Source: Chitinispirillia bacterium
Lineage (GTDB): Bacteria > Fibrobacterota > Chitinivibrionia > Chitinivibrionales > Chitinispirillaceae
Reading direction: 5' to 3'
DNA length: 64,000 nucleotides
Assembly (NCBI GenBank): GCA_009784115.1
Contig: WRCH01000002.1
Span: 174-64,173 of the forward strand
The translations under genes were made by a program, and so were the position numbers. Shown one piece after another: positions 53,875 to 63,910 of the stretch. How positions within the stretch are numbered: the first letter of the stretch is position 1; each line of letters opens with the position of its first letter. The notes under the pieces are model-generated. The model ran no database searches and had not been told where the DNA came from. It worked only from the letters and a program-made list of their open reading frames with translations.

Positions 53875-56800
53875 TTATTTAGGCGGCGGATGCACAACTA
53901 ACTTTTTTATTTTGCTCTTTGTTGTTTTGCCAAGAGACGGTGAGGTGACAGAGACTTGGTATAGATAGACATTGGGCGTTAACATATTTCCTCTGTTGTC
54001 TCTTGGGATCCACAGGTAGCCATTCGCGAGATCACGCGGGTAGCGGGGGCGTATAACAGCAAGGAGTCTGCCGCCAAGAGAGTATACTCTTATGATTACT
54101 ATCAAATCTTCATTGTTATATCTGTCTACGTTAGAATGATGAAAGAAGAAGCGAGTCTCTCTGCCCATTCGTACAGGGTTGGGAATGTTGAGCACATGAT
54201 CAAGTTTAATATCCATCGGGTCAACTATCTCTAAAGTAAATGACTGCCTGCTCACATTACCCAAGAGATCCTGTGCGGTTACTACTAATTCGTGAACGCC
54301 GCTCTTTAACGTATTTTCCTCATAATTGACAGTGGCGATACGGCAGCGGTAATCACCGCCCAAACAAAAATCATTGGCGGCGATACTGCGCTTGGAGAGC
54401 GAACCCAAAACCTCTATCGTGAGCCCCTCATCGGGCCCGCTTCCAATCACATTTACACCGCTCTCATCCTCCACACGAATCTCAAGAGTAAGCGGGAGCT
54501 GCGCTCTGATGCGGGTTTTAACAAAAAATCCCAAAGAATCCATCGAATTGCTGCTATAGATCGGCCTCACGCTAATTTTAGGGCCTGTGGTGTCGCTCAG
54601 GTTACCGGTTTCAGAACCGGCGAAAACAAGACCCTTGAGAGCTCCGGTTCCCATCAAAGTGTCTCTTTCTCTAAAAGCGTAAGCGGTAAGTTTTACGCCG
54701 GGCTTTCCAAAGGAGAGATTCATCGGCAAGCGCAGCGTCTGTTCAAACCTGCCGGAATCAACGGCAATTTTCGCGCTGAAAACAGGAGCGCCGGGCAGCT
54801 CGTATCTTGGGTCTGAAAAAACGCCGCCGTCTTTTCTGCGCGCCGCCGTGTCCGGAGCGTTAAACAGAATTATGTTAACAAATGCGCTGTCTCTCTCTTT
54901 TGCGGTAAAATCTCTATCCATTTGCCCTGAAAAACGATTCACAGAACCCTTTATGGTTATCTGCTGCAGAGCTTTCAATGTATCAATTACAGGTTCGCCT
55001 GACGAGTTTACAATTTCAAGATCGACATTGCGGTTTTGTCTTGACAGAGTTATGGACGGATCTCCCAAAAGTACATAGTACCTGTCGTCAACATGCTGGT
55101 GGCTGTATTTTCCAATTCGCAAAGCGGCTCCAACCGACATATTATCGGTAGAATCAAACAGAGCTTCATAAAAAGCCTCCGCTAATCTCTCATTAGGATC
55201 ACGGAGTGTTACGCGTGTGGCGGAAATAACGCCTATGGCTCCGGCTCTGGGCTGGCGGACAAGCTGAGCGCTGAGACATTCAACTCCGGGAAGATCAAAT
55301 TTACCTATGGAACAGGAAAACAGTGAAAATACCGGATAGCGTTTTCTGTTATGTAAAGCTAAAACATCCGCCATCGCAAACAGCGGTTCATCCGCAAGCT
55401 GATTATTTGAGCCGTGCCCTAACCAATTGACCGCGGCAACTCCGTTATTTATCTCATTTATAAACGCTCTAGTTGCCGTAGGCTTTGCCCAAAAATCATC
55501 CCACGGGTATTCATACATATACACTTTCCTGATATCTGTCGCGGGCCTGTTTCTCAATATGGTTCGGGCGATTCTTTCCGAAGCGCTGTGGTGGTCAAGA
55601 ATATGATCTTTAAACTCACGCTGCTGGTCATCATCTGCCGTAAGCAAAACTCTATTGCGCCATGAATCAAGATCCGCCTCAGCGACATTTTCCATCTCTC
55701 GGATTTTCTCTACAATGTTTAACGCTTCCGTTAAGCTCTTTGCCGGCAGACGCCCTATAAAATAGTGCACCTGATGATCTCTTGAGGGTCTATCAGGGTG
55801 AGACAGTGTATCTAAAAAAACAAAATAATCATCTGTAGCCCATTTGTGACTGCTGGTCGCTCCGTTTGTACGGTACGCTACAGGCATGAAATTCATTTGA
55901 CGGGTAGTAACGCTCTTGTAGTCATAATGCCCCAAGCCAAAAAGTGTTACGTAGTCTAACTTTACATCCCTGTCCCAGTTTCTGTATACAAAAAGCAGAA
56001 AGTTTCTTATTGCCGTAGGATCCATGTTTCCGCCGCTGAATTGATTCAGCAAATCGGAGAGCAGTACTACTTTAGGATATTTGAACCCGGCGTTATCTCT
56101 CTTGTGTTCAGCCAGCCTTAATGCGGCATCCAAAAAATCTTCGTGAGTTATGATAAGATAATCGGTGCGGGTCTCGCCGGGATATACGGTACCGCGCAGA
56201 TCACGAATCAAAAATGAGCTGCCCGCAGACTGATAGCCGACGCGCTTTAAAGAGTCGCTGTAGTCAACAATACTGTTTTTCGACATCACGATATATCTTG
56301 TTCCCTGATTACCGGCGTCACTCCATGTGAAACCGGTGCGCACTACGGTATCGGCAATAAGCGTTACGTCTCTTTCGTCAAGCGGAACGCGAACTATAAA
56401 CGCGGTATCACTACCTGTTTTAGTCAACCTGTACCGAACGGCTCTGGAAGCTGTGTCGGAGAAAATTTCGAGCCTCTCACCGGCGGCGGAACCGGGCATG
56501 GCAATAGGGCGCCTGTAGCGGATATGCACCCCTCTGAGCTCGGCGCTCTCCGCATTTTGTCCGTCAATCGTTAGATCACTTGAACCCCAGCGATTGGTAT
56601 TAATCGTCCACCAAGTATTATTGGCGCAGGAGGAACAAATCGAAGCGGAGCCAAGGCGGGCCGTTATGTTTCTGGAGAACGCGTTATTGAAATCAAAAGA
56701 TATTGAGCCGGTTCTGTTTTCCAAAAGCCCCGGCAGATCAAGCGATACCGTGGTATCCGCTCTGCCGGTATCAAACCTCTTCCATACCCAGTCTATACCG

Positions 56801-58002
56801 CCGCCGTCATTGCTCCCGTCTCTTAAGCCTGCCGAAAGGGCGCGCGGCTCTCTCATGTAAATGTTGGCGTCAAAAGTTGTATCAACCGCGGCGGTAGATT
56901 GAGGCTGGACAAAACGTTCCATAGCTGCACCCAAACCTTGGGTTTTTACAGTGAGCCAAAAGGTGCGTTTATCATCATAGCGGTTTAAGACAAATGAGTA
57001 TCTTCTTGGCGATGCCGTATAAGACCAGTCTGATGATCCGCTCACATACGCTATAAAATAATCGTCATCTCTTACAGCGTCTGTGCCTGCCCGATTTGGC
57101 CGCAATAGCGGTATCTCAAAAACGCCTGCGGGAATTTGACCCCATCTTGGTACGGTGTCATTCAGCTCTCCCTTTGTTGAGGCGTAGAGCGCAACCGAGC
57201 CTATCTGTACATTACCGTCAAATAGCTCACGGATTTTTGAGCCGCTGATCTTTATAAGTTTATTACCCCTTGTAGAGGCTTCATTGCCGCGCTCCGCGCT
57301 GCTTACCTTAAAAGAGGCGAACTGTTGACTAACAGTAAGCGGAAACGGATCCGGCATCTCTAAAGCCCTGCGCAGAGCGGGCCTCTCGCTTTGCTGCCAC
57401 CCCTGGCTGACATTAAAATTTGAAAGCAGCCGTCTGACCATACGCTCATAATCACTCTTAGGCTCCCACACTGCGCCGTTGTGAGATGACGGCGGAAAGT
57501 CTATAACAATACGCGCGGATCTCAAAAGCTGAATTCGCCCGCCGCCCAAATCGCTTATGGGACGAATTACAAGCGAAACCGTGCGGTAATCTCTCATTGA
57601 TGAATAGGATGGGGCGCTTATCCATCTTGAAGAGAAAGTTGGATCGGGCTGATTTTTTGCGGATATACGTTTTTGTAAAGGATTACCGATTCGTAAAACC
57701 GACGTCTCCTGCGGGTCAAGCGTTACTCTAATATTTCCCTGCGGCGGTACACCGGCATAAAGAGAAAATCCCGGTATGGCAGAAGCGCCGCTGTCGCCGG
57801 TTAGAACATAGCCGCCGTTAAAAGAGAGAGCGGTAACGTCGCCGTCTTGCGCAGTCTTTACAGTAACAGTTTGGAAGCCCTCCATCTTCCAGCTCAAAAC
57901 AAGCCGCGACGGGGTACTCTCAATAACAGTTACTGAGGCGTGAGCAGTCCAATAAACAGAAATAAAAAGCAGGATAGCGATCCTGAAAATAGAATATCTC
58001 AT
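53875..58002 (-). CDS. Peptidase C25 (gingipain)-family protein, PorU-like (candidate T9SS C-terminal signal peptidase)
   Basis: Catalytic His context VNWLGHGS and Cys context LFSCSIGKFD, about 1375 aa, with a signal peptide and a C-terminal Ig/FlgD-like beta-sandwich. Confidence 0.7.
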   Translation of the reverse strand: MRYSIFRIAILLFISVYWTAHASVTVIESTPSRLVLSWKMEGFQTVTVKTAQDGDVTALSFNGGYVLTGDSGASAIPGFSLYAGVPPQGNIRVTLDPQETSVLRIGNPLQKRISAKNQPDPTFSSRWISAPSYSSMRDYRTVSLVIRPISDLGGGRIQLLRSARIVIDFPPSSHNGAVWEPKSDYERMVRRLLSNFNVSQGWQQSERPALRRALEMPDPFPLTVSQQFASFKVSSAERGNEASTRGNKLIKISGSKIRELFDGNVQIGSVALYASTKGELNDTVPRWGQIPAGVFEIPLLRPNRAGTDAVRDDDYFIAYVSGSSDWSYTASPRRYSFVLNRYDDKRTFWLTVKTQGLGAAMERFVQPQSTAAVDTTFDANIYMREPRALSAGLRDGSNDGGGIDWVWKRFDTGRADTTVSLDLPGLLENRTGSISFDFNNAFSRNITARLGSASICSSCANNTWWTINTNRWGSSDLTIDGQNAESAELRGVHIRYRRPIAMPGSAAGERLEIFSDTASRAVRYRLTKTGSDTAFIVRVPLDERDVTLIADTVVRTGFTWSDAGNQGTRYIVMSKNSIVDYSDSLKRVGYQSAGSSFLIRDLRGTVYPGETRTDYLIITHEDFLDAALRLAEHKRDNAGFKYPKVVLLSDLLNQFSGGNMDPTAIRNFLLFVYRNWDRDVKLDYVTLFGLGHYDYKSVTTRQMNFMPVAYRTNGATSSHKWATDDYFVFLDTLSHPDRPSRDHQVHYFIGRLPAKSLTEALNIVEKIREMENVAEADLDSWRNRVLLTADDDQQREFKDHILDHHSASERIARTILRNRPATDIRKVYMYEYPWDDFWAKPTATRAFINEINNGVAAVNWLGHGSNNQLADEPLFAMADVLALHNRKRYPVFSLFSCSIGKFDLPGVECLSAQLVRQPRAGAIGVISATRVTLRDPNERLAEAFYEALFDSTDNMSVGAALRIGKYSHQHVDDRYYVLLGDPSITLSRQNRNVDLEIVNSSGEPVIDTLKALQQITIKGSVNRFSGQMDRDFTAKERDSAFVNIILFNAPDTAARRKDGGVFSDPRYELPGAPVFSAKIAVDSGRFEQTLRLPMNLSFGKPGVKLTAYAFRERDTLMGTGALKGLVFAGSETGNLSDTTGPKISVRPIYSSNSMDSLGFFVKTRIRAQLPLTLEIRVEDESGVNVIGSGPDEGLTIEVLGSLSKRSIAANDFCLGGDYRCRIATVNYEENTLKSGVHELVVTAQDLLGNVSRQSFTLEIVDPMDIKLDHVLNIPNPVRMGRETRFFFHHSNVDRYNNEDLIVIIRVYSLGGRLLAVIRPRYPRDLANGYLWIPRDNRGNMLTPNVYLYQVSVTSPSLGKTTKSKIKKLVVHPPPK

Positions 58003-58060
58003 AATAATATAGGAATATACTAATATTCACAGCCTATCTGAAAATTAATGATTATAAAAC

Positions 58061-59323
58061 CTATTGCAGCCACTCCTCAGGATTAAGAGTCTCCGTAGCT
58101 TTCCTTATTTGAAACTGCAATTTAGCACCGCCCGCGGTGCCTGTTTCGCCAACCTTTCCAAGTTCCGAGCCAAGCTCTACAGGCTGATCTCTTGCGACGG
58201 AGATTTGATCAAGATGGGCGTAGATTGTCATAAAGCCGCCGGCGTGATCTACAATTACAAGCCTCCCAAGACCGCGCATGGAACCTACGTGCGCGACGGT
58301 TCCCGGCGCTACGCTCTTTACAGACGCGCCTTTTTGAGCGGAGATATCTATACCGTCGTTCATGATGGTTGTTTGATAGACGGGATGAACTATCCGGCCG
58401 TATTTACTTATAACTCTGCCTTGCACAGGCCACGCGAGTTTGCCTTTTCTCTTTTCAAAAGAGATCTTGGCCATGCGCTCCTCTTCCTCTTTAGCCCTTT
58501 TACGCCTGGTCTCAAGCAAGTTTACAATAACATCAAGTTCGCGCTGCGCGGCTTCGAGCTCCGCTACCATTGCGGCAAAAGAACTTTTTTTAGTGCGGAT
58601 ATCCAAAAGCACGGCGCGTCTTGCCGCTTCTTCACTTTGAAGCCGCTGCTGCTCTCTTCTTCTGCCGGCAATTAAAAGCTCTAACTCCCGCTTGTTAATT
58701 TCCTGTATACTCTTTTTTTCGCTTACCGAAACCATACTCTCTTGAATAGACGCGGCGAGCTCTCTGTCGTAGCGGTTTAGATCTTGAAAATAACGGACGC
58801 GGTGAACAAATTCCGCAGGACTTCTTGCGCCGAGAATCATCTGCAGGCGGTTCTCTTCTCCTGCCATATAGATATTACGCAAACGGCGTTTCATAACCTC
58901 TTGGGCGTTTTTTAACTGTGCCTCAGCTTTAACAAGAGAGTCACTCAGTATAAGAAGACTCTGCTCCGTTGTGTCAATCTGTCTTTGGACTATTCCGATA
59001 TATGCGCCGCTCACCGAAATATTTCTTTCAAGCTGCTCCAAGCGGCTTAAATAGTTGCCCTCCTCTTTTTGAAGATGCCTTAACTGCGCCCGGCCTCTCT
59101 CAAGTTCTGTTGAAACAGAATCGAGAGCGCCCTGCTTTTGCCGCATCTCACGTTCTACAATGGTAACCGCGCTTTCTGTGCTCTTTTTGGCCGGAGTTTT
59201 GGCGGCAGTTTTCGCGGGGGCTTTGGCCGGAGTTCTATTCTGCGCCTTAGCGGGAGCCTTTGCGGGCGTCTTACTCTGAGCCCAAAGCGGCGGCGGCAGA
59301 AACAAAAAGGCGAGCAAAAGCAT
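58061..59323 (-). CDS. envC: Murein hydrolase activator EnvC-like protein (coiled coil plus M23/LytM domain)
   Basis: A long coiled coil and a C-terminal LytM domain (VAPGTVAHVG...VIVDHAGGFMTIYAHL). The ATG overlaps the ftsX stop as TAATG. An N-terminal TPAKAPAK low-complexity repeat is present. Confidence 0.8.
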   Translation of the reverse strand: MLLLAFLFLPPPLWAQSKTPAKAPAKAQNRTPAKAPAKTAAKTPAKKSTESAVTIVEREMRQKQGALDSVSTELERGRAQLRHLQKEEGNYLSRLEQLERNISVSGAYIGIVQRQIDTTEQSLLILSDSLVKAEAQLKNAQEVMKRRLRNIYMAGEENRLQMILGARSPAEFVHRVRYFQDLNRYDRELAASIQESMVSVSEKKSIQEINKRELELLIAGRRREQQRLQSEEAARRAVLLDIRTKKSSFAAMVAELEAAQRELDVIVNLLETRRKRAKEEEERMAKISFEKRKGKLAWPVQGRVISKYGRIVHPVYQTTIMNDGIDISAQKGASVKSVAPGTVAHVGSMRGLGRLVIVDHAGGFMTIYAHLDQISVARDQPVELGSELGKVGETGTAGGAKLQFQIRKATETLNPEEWLQ

Positions 59324-60174
59324 TAGACTAAAAATTTGCGTACAGCGACTTGGCTTCCTAACCACCCGAAGAATACTCCTATCACAATAATAAACGGCAA
59401 ATAGGAAAAATACCAGTTGATGGATATAGTTGACAAAAAGAATCTAGCGGCAAACATCATACATATGCAAAACAGACTGCCGATAAGCCCTTGAAGCATC
59501 CCCTCAAGTAAAAACGGCATTTTTATAAAAAGATCGGTAGCGCCAACATAGTGCATATTTCTTACGAGATCTTTTCTTGCGTAAATAGTAAGTTTTATAG
59601 TGTTTGAGATAAGAGAGTGCAGAGCGATAAATATCACAAACGCCGCGGCGCCCGCGATTATATAAAAGCGGTCGCGTATCCTTTTAATATAATCAAGCCA
59701 CTCTCTTGAATAGCGGACAGTTTCCACACCGTTAAGCGCGGCGATTTTTTCCTGAAGTTCCTCAACAGCCGCAACGGAGTGGCTATTCTCATTAAGCAAT
59801 ATATCAAAAGAGGCTGTGAAAGGGTTCTCGTCTACTGCCTCAAGCATTTCACTCCCGTAAAGACGTTCAAACCGCGCCCAAGCGCTGTCTTTACTTACAA
59901 ACACAACATCTCTTATCTGCGGCATCTCTCTTAAAGCATCAGTCAATTTAGATTGAAGCGCGGCGTCCACAGACGCGTTATCTGTAAGATACGCGACAAT
60001 GTCGGCCTGTTCACTGCTTCTTTTTAATACTTCGTCAATATTCATCAGGCCGATAAATGCGCAGAAAATTAGAAAAAGAGTAGCGGTTATTGTCATTATG
60101 GAGACAAAGGTCATCAGCTTGGCCTGATAAAACCCCCTAACCGCCTCAATAATAAAGTATAATATTTTTCTCAT
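59323..60174 (-). CDS. ftsX: Cell division protein FtsX-like permease
   Basis: An FtsX N-terminus, a periplasmic domain, a C-terminal 3-TM FtsX module and the ftsX-envC gene order. Confidence 0.8.
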   Translation of the reverse strand: MRKILYFIIEAVRGFYQAKLMTFVSIMTITATLFLIFCAFIGLMNIDEVLKRSSEQADIVAYLTDNASVDAALQSKLTDALREMPQIRDVVFVSKDSAWARFERLYGSEMLEAVDENPFTASFDILLNENSHSVAAVEELQEKIAALNGVETVRYSREWLDYIKRIRDRFYIIAGAAAFVIFIALHSLISNTIKLTIYARKDLVRNMHYVGATDLFIKMPFLLEGMLQGLIGSLFCICMMFAARFFLSTISINWYFSYLPFIIVIGVFFGWLGSQVAVRKFLV

Positions 60175-60185
60175 AGAGTTTTAAC

Positions 60186-60290
60186 TATTACTTCGGCAGT
60201 TAAAGGCCGCAATTCCCGGTACAGCGGCCTCACGATGGTTCGTGCAGTCGATGTGCCGGGAATTGCGGCCTTTAAATTGCCACCTTAATA
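60186..60290 (-). repeat. Structured repeat family B, copy B3 (reverse orientation)
   Basis: The reverse complement carries the B core. The stem AAAGGCCGCAATTCCCGG / CCGGGAATTGCGGCCTTT differs from B1 but is self-complementary. Confidence 0.85.
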
Positions 60291-60342
60291 TAAACCGGTT
60301 TTGCGGCCCCGCGAGCCGCCCTAACTAAAGGCCCCTGCGGGC

Positions 60343-62190
60343 CTATTGAACACGCACGAAGCCGTTTTCAGTAACTCTAAGTATAATTGCTTCGCTGTTT
60401 GCGCCGTCTGCCTGATCAAAAGAAATCGTCCCGGAGAGGCCGTTATAGCCTTTTGTCTCCTTTAAACTCTTTTTTATCCTTGCGGCATCCGCCCCGCCGC
60501 TCTCCTCAATTGTTTTAATGACAAGCTGCGCCGCGTCGTAGCCCAAGGCCGCAATACTGTTTGGCTCCTCATTATAGTGCGCCTTATAAGCCTTGGCAAA
60601 CTCATTCCACGCCTCACTTTGCTGATTGGGCTGAAAACCGACCGATATTATCGCGTTATGTACATAACGCTTTCCCTCAACCGGGACGCTCGGATCGTTC
60701 CATCCGCCCGCTCCAAGCATTTGGGTGCGGATTCTGCGGAACACTACCTGCGGCGCGAGTTTCACAACATCATCTGTGCTCATCGGCATAAAAAGTCCGC
60801 CTACGGCAAGCGTAGAATCCGCGTATCTTATACTGTCCGCGCGGGAGATCTGCGTAATCTTTTGTAAATTGCCCCTGTCCGCGGCAAGTTTTTCTAAATG
60901 GCGGATTAAGAGCGTGCTGCGAAGCTGGCGCAGTATCGGGGTGATGTCGTGCGTTCCGTCCGCAAAATACTCCTCAAACACAACCGCGATATTTCGTCTC
61001 GCGAGCTCCTCTTTAAACGCTTCCGCCATAGCGTATCCAAAATTATTGGCGGGCGCGATAATAGCGTATTCGCGTATGTTAAGATTATCAAGCGAGTACC
61101 GCGCAAGTTTCTGCGCTATTGAACCTACGGTTACGTTCATCTGAAAAATATTATCGCCGATAGAGGCGATACCGTCCTCATTGGCGGTAGGAGAGATCAT
61201 AACAATATCTTTACCCGCAAACATCGCCGCGCTTACAGTTGCCGTGCTTGAAAGCACAGGCCCTATACAAACAGGTACCTGATCTTTTAAAAGGAGGTCT
61301 TTTGAGCGGCGCGCGGTTTCTATAGGATTCCCTTTTGTATCATAAACAATAAGCTTGAGCGGATTTGCCGCGGTGGAGTTATATTTGTCAAACGCAAGTT
61401 TAGCCCCCTGCAAAACCATCTTTCCTATCGCGGCGTTATCGCCGCTGAGAGGCGTAAGGAGCCCCACCTGCATTCCGGCAGCGCCGGCAGCGGCGGAAGC
61501 CGCCCTTTTTTGTTCTTTGGGGCGGGCAAGCAGATCTCTGAGCTGATCTAAATAACGGGAGCGCGGGTAGAGCCTTCTAAACTCCTCAGCGCTGTTTTGC
61601 GCCCTCACCGCCTGGCCCGCCATATCAAGTTTGCGCACCTCCCAAAATCTTACGACCTCAAGCATCGCGTCATGCAGTTCGCCGCGGCTTGACAGAGCAG
61701 ACAGCTCTTCCACACTCAGCGAACGGCCGCAGACATGTTCCGTATTGGATATTGTGAGGCTGTAGAGTTCGGCGGAAATCCCAAGCTCAAGCGCTCTTGA
61801 AAACGACATAAGCGCCTGCATATGCTTCTGCTCTTTCGCGTGAGCTATCCCGTCAAGATAATAGAGGCGCGCGGTAAATGTCGCGTTAGGAAACTTTTGG
61901 CGGTACATATCAATAAGGCGGCGAAACTGCGTATATTCACCTTTGCGCATATACGCCTCGGCAATAAGCGGCACGAGCGTGTAAGACTCAGGATCACGCC
62001 CATGCTTTCTTAAATGTTCGCGGATAATAACAATTGTCGAATCGTACTGCCCCGCGGCATAAAACTCTTTCGCTCTTTTAAAAAGCGCCGATCCGCCCTC
62101 TGCAGAAAATACATTCGCAGAAAAAACAGTTAATAATGTTAAAACTGTAAAAATCCGAAACGACGCGATCACTCTTTTCGATACAAACAT
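60343..62190 (-). CDS. TPR plus type-1 periplasmic-binding-fold protein (LpoA-like / LivK-like)
   Basis: A signal peptide from MFVSKRV, N-terminal TPR-like helices and a C-terminal Leu/Ile/Val-binding-protein-like domain (VGLLTPLSG...LIVYDTKGNP). Confidence 0.6.
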   Translation of the reverse strand: MFVSKRVIASFRIFTVLTLLTVFSANVFSAEGGSALFKRAKEFYAAGQYDSTIVIIREHLRKHGRDPESYTLVPLIAEAYMRKGEYTQFRRLIDMYRQKFPNATFTARLYYLDGIAHAKEQKHMQALMSFSRALELGISAELYSLTISNTEHVCGRSLSVEELSALSSRGELHDAMLEVVRFWEVRKLDMAGQAVRAQNSAEEFRRLYPRSRYLDQLRDLLARPKEQKRAASAAAGAAGMQVGLLTPLSGDNAAIGKMVLQGAKLAFDKYNSTAANPLKLIVYDTKGNPIETARRSKDLLLKDQVPVCIGPVLSSTATVSAAMFAGKDIVMISPTANEDGIASIGDNIFQMNVTVGSIAQKLARYSLDNLNIREYAIIAPANNFGYAMAEAFKEELARRNIAVVFEEYFADGTHDITPILRQLRSTLLIRHLEKLAADRGNLQKITQISRADSIRYADSTLAVGGLFMPMSTDDVVKLAPQVVFRRIRTQMLGAGGWNDPSVPVEGKRYVHNAIISVGFQPNQQSEAWNEFAKAYKAHYNEEPNSIAALGYDAAQLVIKTIEESGGADAARIKKSLKETKGYNGLSGTISFDQADGANSEAIILRVTENGFVRVQ

Positions 62191-62197
62191 AATATTC

Positions 62198-62677
62198 TCA
62201 CTCCAAAACGAATCTGCCGAATTCCGTAGTATCAATCGACCTGATATGCCTTCTTAACTGCTCCTCTTCTGAAAGCTCAATGCCCGAATTAACTTTAGAG
62301 AAAACGGCGTCTCTGACAAATATGGAACATCCAGAACTTAACGCAAGCCCTATGGCGTCACAGGGTCTGCATTCGATCACTTTTATTGAAGAACCAGCCG
62401 TCACATGAATTGAAGCGCTGAAGCTCTGCTCCGTCACATCGCTGATAACAATCCTCATTATTGAGCCGCCAAGCTGCTCAATCGCTATTCTAACAAGATC
62501 AATAGTAAGCGGCTTGTTGGTTTGCACCTCAAGCGAGTGCATAGCTATCGCGCTCGCCTCTAATGGCCCGATAGGAACAGCCACTGTGCGCTCACCGCCG
62601 TACTCTTTCAATATAATAAGGGGCATACCCCTTTGGTTATCTACGGCAAACGATGTAATCTCGACTTGTAACAGCAT
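62198..62677 (-). CDS. Bifunctional nuclease family protein (DUF151)
   Basis: GMPLIILKEYGGERTVAVPIGPLEASAIA is the DUF151 pattern. Confidence 0.7.
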   Translation of the reverse strand: MLLQVEITSFAVDNQRGMPLIILKEYGGERTVAVPIGPLEASAIAMHSLEVQTNKPLTIDLVRIAIEQLGGSIMRIVISDVTEQSFSASIHVTAGSSIKVIECRPCDAIGLALSSGCSIFVRDAVFSKVNSGIELSEEEQLRRHIRSIDTTEFGRFVLE

Positions 62678-62770
62678 CTTTTAAAAATACATATGGAATA
62701 GCGCTCCGTGGGGAAAAATCAATTATATTTTGGCACTTTCATTTGAATCTGAACAGGATGCCAAAAACTC

Positions 62771-62875
62771 TATACCGGTACGCGGCACGATTTAACACTG
62801 CACCGCACGCAACTGCACGCAGGGCCGTGAGGCTGCTTAGCGGCACAGTGTTAAATCGTGCCGCGGAGCAGTATA
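62771..62875 (-). repeat. Structured repeat family A, copy A9 (reverse orientation)
   Basis: Perfect arms CGGCACGATTTAACACTG / CAGTGTTAAATCGTGCCG around a full core. It overlaps the last 12 codons and the stop codon of the aminopeptidase gene. Confidence 0.88.
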
Positions 62876-63910
62876 TATTCTACCTCTTAGATATTCCTTA
62901 TGATTCTTTTTGACTTTCTTCAATGCTTTTAGTTCATCTACCGTTTTGGCCATATCCCTGCCGCGGCTCTCATAGAGCTCATAAAAGAGAGAGAGGTCTT
63001 TATTATAAGTCATACGGGAAGCGATATTTGCGTTATTGATATTTGCGCTCTTTAGACCTTTATAGCGCGGAGTTTGGAAAAGCGAATCGTAACTCTGAGC
63101 AACATCATTTTTGAAGTTAGTAATTATGCGCTCTTTTTCAGCTAATTTGTGTTCTCTTGAGATATCGCTTTCGTAAACTGTTTTCAACTCATTATAAAGA
63201 GACCGCATTAGCGAAATATATGCAGAATAATCCTCTTTTGACAGGATCGCGCTTTTGTATTGATCGGAATCTTCCCCATACTTCATCTTTACAAATAAAA
63301 GCCCGCCCTCATCCCCAACAAACGTAGCCATCTCTTCACTTAACTGAGTCTGGCCCTTGATATAAACAGTCGCGTGCAGCTGTTCGTGTATTATCAGTGA
63401 AGCCAGGTCGTATACGGTATAGCTTGTCATAAACGAGTAGATGGGATCACTAAAAAATCCAAGCGTGCTAAAGGCGCTCGCGGCGCCTATATGAACATCA
63501 TATCCCCCTTTTTTACTGATTTTTTCAGCCTGCCTCACTGCGTCTTTTCTGTCAAAAAAACCTTTATACGAAACTCTGCCAACTACTGGAAACCACCATT
63601 TGTACATCTCAAAAGAGTCATCCCGCGACGCAACAACAACATCAACAATATAATCCCGTTCTAACTTCACATATTTTGTATAATTCTTATTACTTTTTAA
63701 TCCGATGCTGTCCATCGCAAAGGCGCGTATCTCCTGTACGAGAAGAAAAAACTCTCTCTGCTCATCGCTTATATCATCTTTTTTGAGCATTTTATCAATA
63801 CTTTTAGCGCTCATCTGCTGACCTATTAAAGCGCTGCCCTGCTTCGCCAAATAACAGCCGCTGAACAGTGAAAGGGCGGCGGTGATCAACGCTAAATTAA
63901 AAAAACGCAT
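62837..63910 (-). CDS. Predicted zinc aminopeptidase (COG4324/PF10023-like) lipoprotein
   Basis: A lipobox LFSGC and the HExxH motif (IIHEQLHAT). Confidence 0.7.
   Translation of the reverse strand: MRFFNLALITAALSLFSGCYLAKQGSALIGQQMSAKSIDKMLKKDDISDEQREFFLLVQEIRAFAMDSIGLKSNKNYTKYVKLERDYIVDVVVASRDDSFEMYKWWFPVVGRVSYKGFFDRKDAVRQAEKISKKGGYDVHIGAASAFSTLGFFSDPIYSFMTSYTVYDLASLIIHEQLHATVYIKGQTQLSEEMATFVGDEGGLLFVKMKYGEDSDQYKSAILSKEDYSAYISLMRSLYNELKTVYESDISREHKLAEKERIITNFKNDVAQSYDSLFQTPRYKGLKSANINNANIASRMTYNKDLSLFYELYESRGRDMAKTVDELKALKKVKKNHKEYLRGRIYTAPRHDLTLCR

Noticed and set aside
53726-53968. An 80-aa plus-strand ORF, and similar small ORFs at 8521-8733 and 16348-16641.
   Set aside because: They are translations of repeat families A, B and C (Cys/Arg/Ala-rich strings from GC-rich hairpins) and overlap better-supported features.
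58990-59290. The TPAKAPAK repeat region at the EnvC N-terminus, considered as a separate feature or DNA tandem repeat.
   Set aside because: It is a short low-complexity linker after the signal peptide, common in periplasmic coiled-coil proteins. It does not form a regular DNA tandem array.
62730-62746. TGGCACTTTCATTTGA, considered as a sigma54 promoter.
   Set aside because: The -12 GC dinucleotide is missing (TTTG instead of TTGC), and no plus-strand gene follows it.
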